From the IMG/VR virus record IMGVR_UViG_3300032242_000723, positions 62,001 to 126,000 of that record: a stretch of DNA of 64,000 nt. One strand, written 5' to 3'. The notes below the pieces were generated by a model. It worked only from the letters and a program-made list of their open reading frames with translations, ran no database searches and was not told the DNA's origin. Shown here in pieces: positions 62,859 to 64,000 of this stretch (positions within the stretch are counted from its first letter, which is position 1; each line of letters starts with the position of its first letter). The position numbers were made by a program, and so were the translations under genes.

Positions 62859-63086
62859 TTATTCAGCGTGGGCCGTCGCCTCTTTAGAAATATGAAGGTT
62901 CCCGAGAAGATTAATAGCCCTTCGTAGCTCCTTGATTTCCTCAATAGCCGCGATATACAATGCTCTATATGGGTCGCCGTAGTTGATAGCGTTTTCTAAC
63001 ACAGGAATGATATCACCTGTACCAGTTGGACCACCATTGCGGATAGTTGCTACTTTTTCTTTTAGTTGTTCATCTGTTAGTTTCAT
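62859..63086 (-). CDS. hypothetical protein
   Basis: AAGGA RBS before ATG 63086. Confidence 0.5.
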   Translation of the reverse strand: MKLTDEQLKEKVATIRNGGPTGTGDIIPVLENAINYGDPYRALYIAAIEEIKELRRAINLLGNLHISKEATAHAE

Positions 63087-63108
63087 AGTTTTTTCCTTTT
63101 TGGTTGAC

Positions 63109-63678
63109 TTAGAGGATGCTTTCATCCGTTAGTACCTTGATATCTTCATCAGTCAAGGTAATCTTGGTACTGATGTTAAGCTCAAGCAACTCGTCTTGGA
63201 GTTGTTGCTTTTGCTTCTTTGCATAGATGACTACCTTGCGGAATGCTTCAATGTTCTCTTCAGTGAAGACCGAAGACATTACATCCTTATCACTGTAGTA
63301 TGCACGATCAGCAGGTTGATTTTTGATCTTGTCTAGCTTACCAGACATTTCTGAAGGAGCGATTCTAGTCGAAGCCTTAGCATGTGACGCATAGAAGGTA
63401 AGGTCCTTCTCATACCGAGCAACATCCGCAAGACGGTCGTTGATGCCTAATGAGTTATTCGCAGCAGACACTGCCTTGCGAATGCTATAGAGCACATCAA
63501 TCAACTTCTCACGACGAAGGATGTTTGATGTGAAGCGTTCTGATACGGTAGTGATCATTGATTCGGGATTTTGAAACTCGTTGACCGAAACAGTGCTCTC
63601 AAAACTCAGCCCCTTAAGAGCTTCGTTGATTGCGAGTTGGATTGCGTTTGCCTTGCGTAGATTGATTTTCATTTTCAT
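63109..63678 (-). CDS. helical hypothetical phage protein
   Basis: MKINLRKANAIQ.AI...Q.LQDELLELN; AGGA RBS. Confidence 0.7.
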   Translation of the reverse strand: MKMKINLRKANAIQLAINEALKGLSFESTVSVNEFQNPESMITTVSERFTSNILRREKLIDVLYSIRKAVSAANNSLGINDRLADVARYEKDLTFYASHAKASTRIAPSEMSGKLDKIKNQPADRAYYSDKDVMSSVFTEENIEAFRKVVIYAKKQKQQLQDELLELNISTKITLTDEDIKVLTDESIL

Positions 63679-64000
63679 TTCCTGTGTGTTGTTAAGTTTC
63701 AGTGTAGCACTCTGCTACATTATTTTCAAGTATTTTGGTAATTAAGTATCAAGTATAAGACAGATATATTCGTTACTAGAACCTTGTTCGTTCTCTATCC
63801 AATGCAGATTATGCGATGAATCAAAGTCAAGTACTAAGTATTGCCCGGAATCTGGCAACTTGATTTTTTGTGTTTTACTCTCATCTATTTTAAGATTATC
63901 AGCGATCCACTGAGACTGCCCAAAAAAGTTATGCAGTGGTTGCCAAAAAGATAAGAAATCAAATTCAAATTCGGTCCAGCAGAAATTTTCAGTTACTGGA

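Noticed and set aside
2537-63125. Many overlapping or antisense ORFs in the supplied track (for example 2537-2917, 7361-7867, 15567-16007, 17432-17935, 31039-31545, 44063-44560)
   Set aside because: They shadow well-supported genes, lack RBS or motifs and have atypical composition.
1-64000. Stop-codon reassignment as in some large phages
   Set aside because: Conserved genes are full length under code 11 and TAA, TAG and TGA all terminate genes at expected positions; no suppressor tRNA seen.

Overview
64 kb segment of a large, AT-rich, T4-like (jumbo) dsDNA phage genome in the standard genetic code, with no CRISPR array, integrase or reverse transcriptase visible. Promoter style, tRNA-fMet style and a TonB-dependent receptor suggest an alphaproteobacterial host (inference). 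Recognisable genes: split-looking N6-adenine methyltransferase pair, HNH and five GIY-YIG-type endonucleases (one disrupted), T4-type RNase H, ATP-dependent DNA ligase, ClpX, ClpP, ClpS, Hsp20, TonB-dependent receptor, glycosyltransferases, Toprim protein, YqeY, dCMP deaminase, nucleotidase, phosphoesterases, IF-1, Fe/Mn SOD, IscA/ErpA, tail/baseplate fibre-like proteins, papain-family protease, SleB hydrolase and three tRNAs (Gly-GCC, Gly-TCC, fMet). Structures not explained by standard annotation: (1) a head-to-tail array of eight small paralogous ORFs (10260-12127) whose shared C-terminus LRWS is also a repeated 15-bp junction holding an extended Shine-Dalgarno and an ATGA stop/start, with a second unrelated array (51608-52355) using the same design; (2) a ~70-nt leader with a covarying hairpin in front of four otherwise divergent GIY-YIG/Zn-finger genes, all inserted antisense and tail-to-tail; (3) five tandem non-coding cassettes (60286-60968), each closed by a ~20-bp stem with a central pyrimidine mismatch, two with tRNA-like cores, transcribed ahead of the tRNAs; (4) a nucleotidyltransferase-GNAT-kinase fusion with capsid-targeting-like N-terminus and L-x-E linkers. 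All family assignments are from motif reading by eye; no database search was run.
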